Shown: piece by piece, positions 61,777-64,000 of the stretch
Layout: the number at the start of each line of letters is the position of its first letter
Position numbering within the stretch: the stretch's first letter is position 1
Assembly (NCBI GenBank): GCA_051418015.1
Contig: JBPRGF010000031.1
Coordinates: forward strand, 1-64,000
DNA from: Candidatus Nitrospinota bacterium M3_3B_026
GTDB lineage: Bacteria > Nitrospinota_A > UBA7883 > JBPRGF01
DNA: 64,000 nt
Reading direction: 5' to 3'
The notes under the pieces: model-generated
Told to the model about the DNA's origin: nothing
What the model saw: only the letters and a program-made list of their open reading frames with translations
Databases searched by the model: none
Program-made: the position numbers and the translations under genes

Positions 61777-62997
61777 TCAAGACCCCTTGCCATCTCCCGC
61801 CGCGGAGTGGATGTACGACCGGGCCAGCATCACGGCGCCGAATCCGAACCGGTCCCTCGCCTCGTCCATCCCTCTCCAGAGCCGCCCCGCCGCCGAAGGG
61901 GCTTCGCTTCTCCTGAAAAGGTTCATCTGCCGGGGCGGCGCCGAAAGGGCGGAGACGGTGACCCCGGCGAGCCGCACGGGGCGCCCCCTCTCCAGCGAGC
62001 CGCGCAGAAGACCCCTGGCGGCGCGGAACATGACCCCCGTGTCGTCCGATGGCTCGAAGATCGTGACGGACCGCTCGCGGGTGGTGAAATCGCCGTAGCG
62101 GATCTTGACGGCAACCCTCCTGAAGAGCATCCCCTCCCTTCGCAGGCGCCCACCGACGCTCTCGCACAGGTATGAGAGAGTCGCCTCGATCTTCGAGACG
62201 TCCCGCGTGTCGCGGGCGTAGGTCGTCTCCCTGCCTATGGACGCCGCCTCCGCGGGCTCCGCCTCCACGTCCGACGGCCCCTCTCCCCGGGCGCGCAGGG
62301 AGAGCGCCGGGCCGAGGCTGCCGAGAACGCGCTCGAGCTTCTCCGCCGGAACGCGGGCAAGGTCTCCGATATGGCGTATCCCCAGCGCGTTCAGGCTTCT
62401 TGCCGTGGCCGGGCCCACGCCGGGCATCTTCCGGACAGGAAGCGGCCTCAAAAAATCCGCTTCCCGGCCGGGCAGGATGTACAGAAGACCGTCCGGCTTG
62501 GCCATGCCGGAGGCCATCTTGGCGACAAGCTTGCTCGATGCGATACCTATGGAGGCGGGGACGCCGGAATCGGCCATCACGGCGTCGCGGATGCTCTGCG
62601 CCACCCCCACCGGACCGGAACGCAGGGCGCGAAGACAGCCGGTGACGTCGAGGTACGCCTCGTCCACGCTCACCACCTCGACGCCGGGGGTGTACCTTCG
62701 CAGGATGTCCATTATCCTGCGCGAGTATTCCGAGTAGACCCTGTGGTCGCCGCGGATGAATATCCCCTTCGGACACAGCCTCCTGGCCTGGGCCATCGGC
62801 ATCGCGGAGCGGACTCCGTATTCCCGCGCCTTGTACGACGCGGAGGAGACAACGCCCCTGCCGTCCGGGTCGCCGCCGACTATCACCGGCCTGCCGCGCA
62901 GGGCGGGGTTCAAAACCTCCTCCACGGAAACGAAGAAGGCGTCCATATCGACGTGCAGGATGATCCTTCGCTTGTTGTCCGCCGCCCGGTTCGACAT
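61777..62997 (-). CDS. dinB: DNA polymerase IV
   Basis: ILHVDMDAFFVSVE, SYKAR.YGVRSAMP, SVDEAYLD, KPDG. Confidence 0.95.
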   Translation of the reverse strand: MSNRAADNKRRIILHVDMDAFFVSVEEVLNPALRGRPVIVGGDPDGRGVVSSASYKAREYGVRSAMPMAQARRLCPKGIFIRGDHRVYSEYSRRIMDILRRYTPGVEVVSVDEAYLDVTGCLRALRSGPVGVAQSIRDAVMADSGVPASIGIASSKLVAKMASGMAKPDGLLYILPGREADFLRPLPVRKMPGVGPATARSLNALGIRHIGDLARVPAEKLERVLGSLGPALSLRARGEGPSDVEAEPAEAASIGRETTYARDTRDVSKIEATLSYLCESVGGRLRREGMLFRRVAVKIRYGDFTTRERSVTIFEPSDDTGVMFRAARGLLRGSLERGRPVRLAGVTVSALSAPPRQMNLFRRSEAPSAAGRLWRGMDEARDRFGFGAVMLARSYIHSAAGDGKGS

Positions 62998-63011
62998 CGT
63001 TTCGCCGCTAG

Positions 63012-63062
63012 TTTCGCTTTATTTTCGTCCGCAGGGGCAAAATACACGAATATAAAGCGAAA
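63012..63062. promoter_or_regulatory. Two inverted copies of a 17-bp putative operator overlapping the dinB promoter
   Basis: TTTCGCTTTATTTTCGT and ACGAATATAAAGCGAAA; minus-strand TTGATT-N17-TATTTT promoter. Confidence 0.55.
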
Positions 63063-63153
63063 ATCAAGGGGTCATATCGCCACCGAATCTCCGGCTGAAA
63101 GGGAATCGCGCGTGGCGTTCTTCGCCCTTCTCCCCGGGGAAAGGCGGGAGGGG

Positions 63154-64000
63154 TCAGCCTTTCGTTATCTCGGTGCCTATCCCCTCGTCGGTGAATATCT
63201 CCAGCAGGACGGAGTGGTTCACCCTGCCGTCTATGATGTGGGCCTTGCCGGCCCCCGCCGCGAGCGCCTCGAAGCAGGCCTCGGCCTTCGGGACCATGCC
63301 GCCGGTTATCACGCCGTTTTTTATGAGCCTCCTGGCCCCGCTCTCCGTGAGCCGCGAGATGAGTTTTCCATCGGCGTCCAGGACGCCCGCCTCGTCGGTG
63401 AGCAGGACGAGCTTGGCCGCGCCCAGGGCGCCGGCCACGGCGCTGGCGACGAAGTCGGCGTTTATATTGAAAGTCTCCCCCCCCTCGCCGTGCCCGACGG
63501 GGGCTATCACGGGGATGAACCCGTCCCTTTCCAGGGTGTTCAGTATGCCCGCGTCCACCCGGGTCACCTTTCCCACCATGCCGATGTCGATTATCTCCGG
63601 GCGGTCCGTCGCCGGGTCCTTTTTTTCCACCAGCGTCTTCTCGGCCGTGACGAGCCCCCCGTCCTTGCCGGACAGGCCGACGGCCCGGCCGCCATGCCTG
63701 TTGATGAGGGCCACTATCTCCTTGTTCACGAGCCCCACCAGCACCATCTCCACGACGCTCAGGGTCTCCTCGTCGGTGACGCGCATCCCCTGGACGAAGC
63801 TCGTCCGGATGTTCATCCTCTTCAGGGTGTCGCTTATCCTGGGGCCGCCGCCGTGGACGACGACGGGGTTTATCCCGATGTGTTTCAGGAGCGCGATGTC
63901 CCGCGCGAAGCCGCTTTTCAGTTCCTCGTCCACCATCGCCGCGCCGCCGTATTTCACCACCATGACGCCTCCGCCGAAGGCGCGCAGGTAGGGCAGCGCC
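63154..64000 (-). CDS. argB: Acetylglutamate kinase (5' end outside window)
   Basis: ALPYLR..., VVKYGGAAM, VHGGGP, NINAD, GGMVPK, EIFTDEGIGT. Confidence 0.96.
   Translation of the reverse strand, partial: ALPYLRAFGGGVMVVKYGGAAMVDEELKSGFARDIALLKHIGINPVVVHGGGPRISDTLKRMNIRTSFVQGMRVTDEETLSVVEMVLVGLVNKEIVALINRHGGRAVGLSGKDGGLVTAEKTLVEKKDPATDRPEIIDIGMVGKVTRVDAGILNTLERDGFIPVIAPVGHGEGGETFNINADFVASAVAGALGAAKLVLLTDEAGVLDADGKLISRLTESGARRLIKNGVITGGMVPKAEACFEALAAGAGKAHIIDGRVNHSVLLEIFTDEGIGTEITKG

Noticed and set aside
61673..62776. Apparent 468-aa DUF59 fusion or dinB frameshift product
   Set aside because: Alternate frame of intact dinB; the DUF59 gene has its own RBS and GTG at 61672.

Overview
GC-rich bacterial chromosome window from a diderm, aerobic or microaerobic organism; taxonomy cannot be fixed from sequence alone. 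The left 5.3 kb looks like the end of an integrated element. In order it holds the trailer half of a type I-F-like CRISPR array (28-nt repeat, 29 spacers of 32 nt, no cas genes in the window), a ~100-bp IS3-family left-end remnant, a 25-bp inverted-repeat/GTGAC-motif region, a sigma70-like promoter, a ~670-nt highly structured non-coding leader, two unrelated tyrosine recombinases in tandem, and an intact tRNA-Arg(TCT). The rest is mostly core genome: cbb3 oxidase operon (ccoNOQP-GHIS, interrupted by an AT-rich gene between 54-bp direct repeats), def, redox genes, Tol-Pal, rarA, lepB, thpR, queF, an LPS/Kdo cluster (kdsB-pyrG-kdsA) with an inserted AT-rich P-loop ATPase, an unusual fliD, speB, clpB, a CI/LexA-like repressor, dinB and partial argB. 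Three candidates stand out: (1) the structured RNA plus Integrase_1-type recombinase module next to the CRISPR array; (2) three OmcE-nanowire-like cytochromes with an added fifth heme, under matching sigma54 promoters; (3) a sigma54-driven small RNA carrying an anti-Shine-Dalgarno motif. All family assignments come from motif recognition by eye, not database searches.
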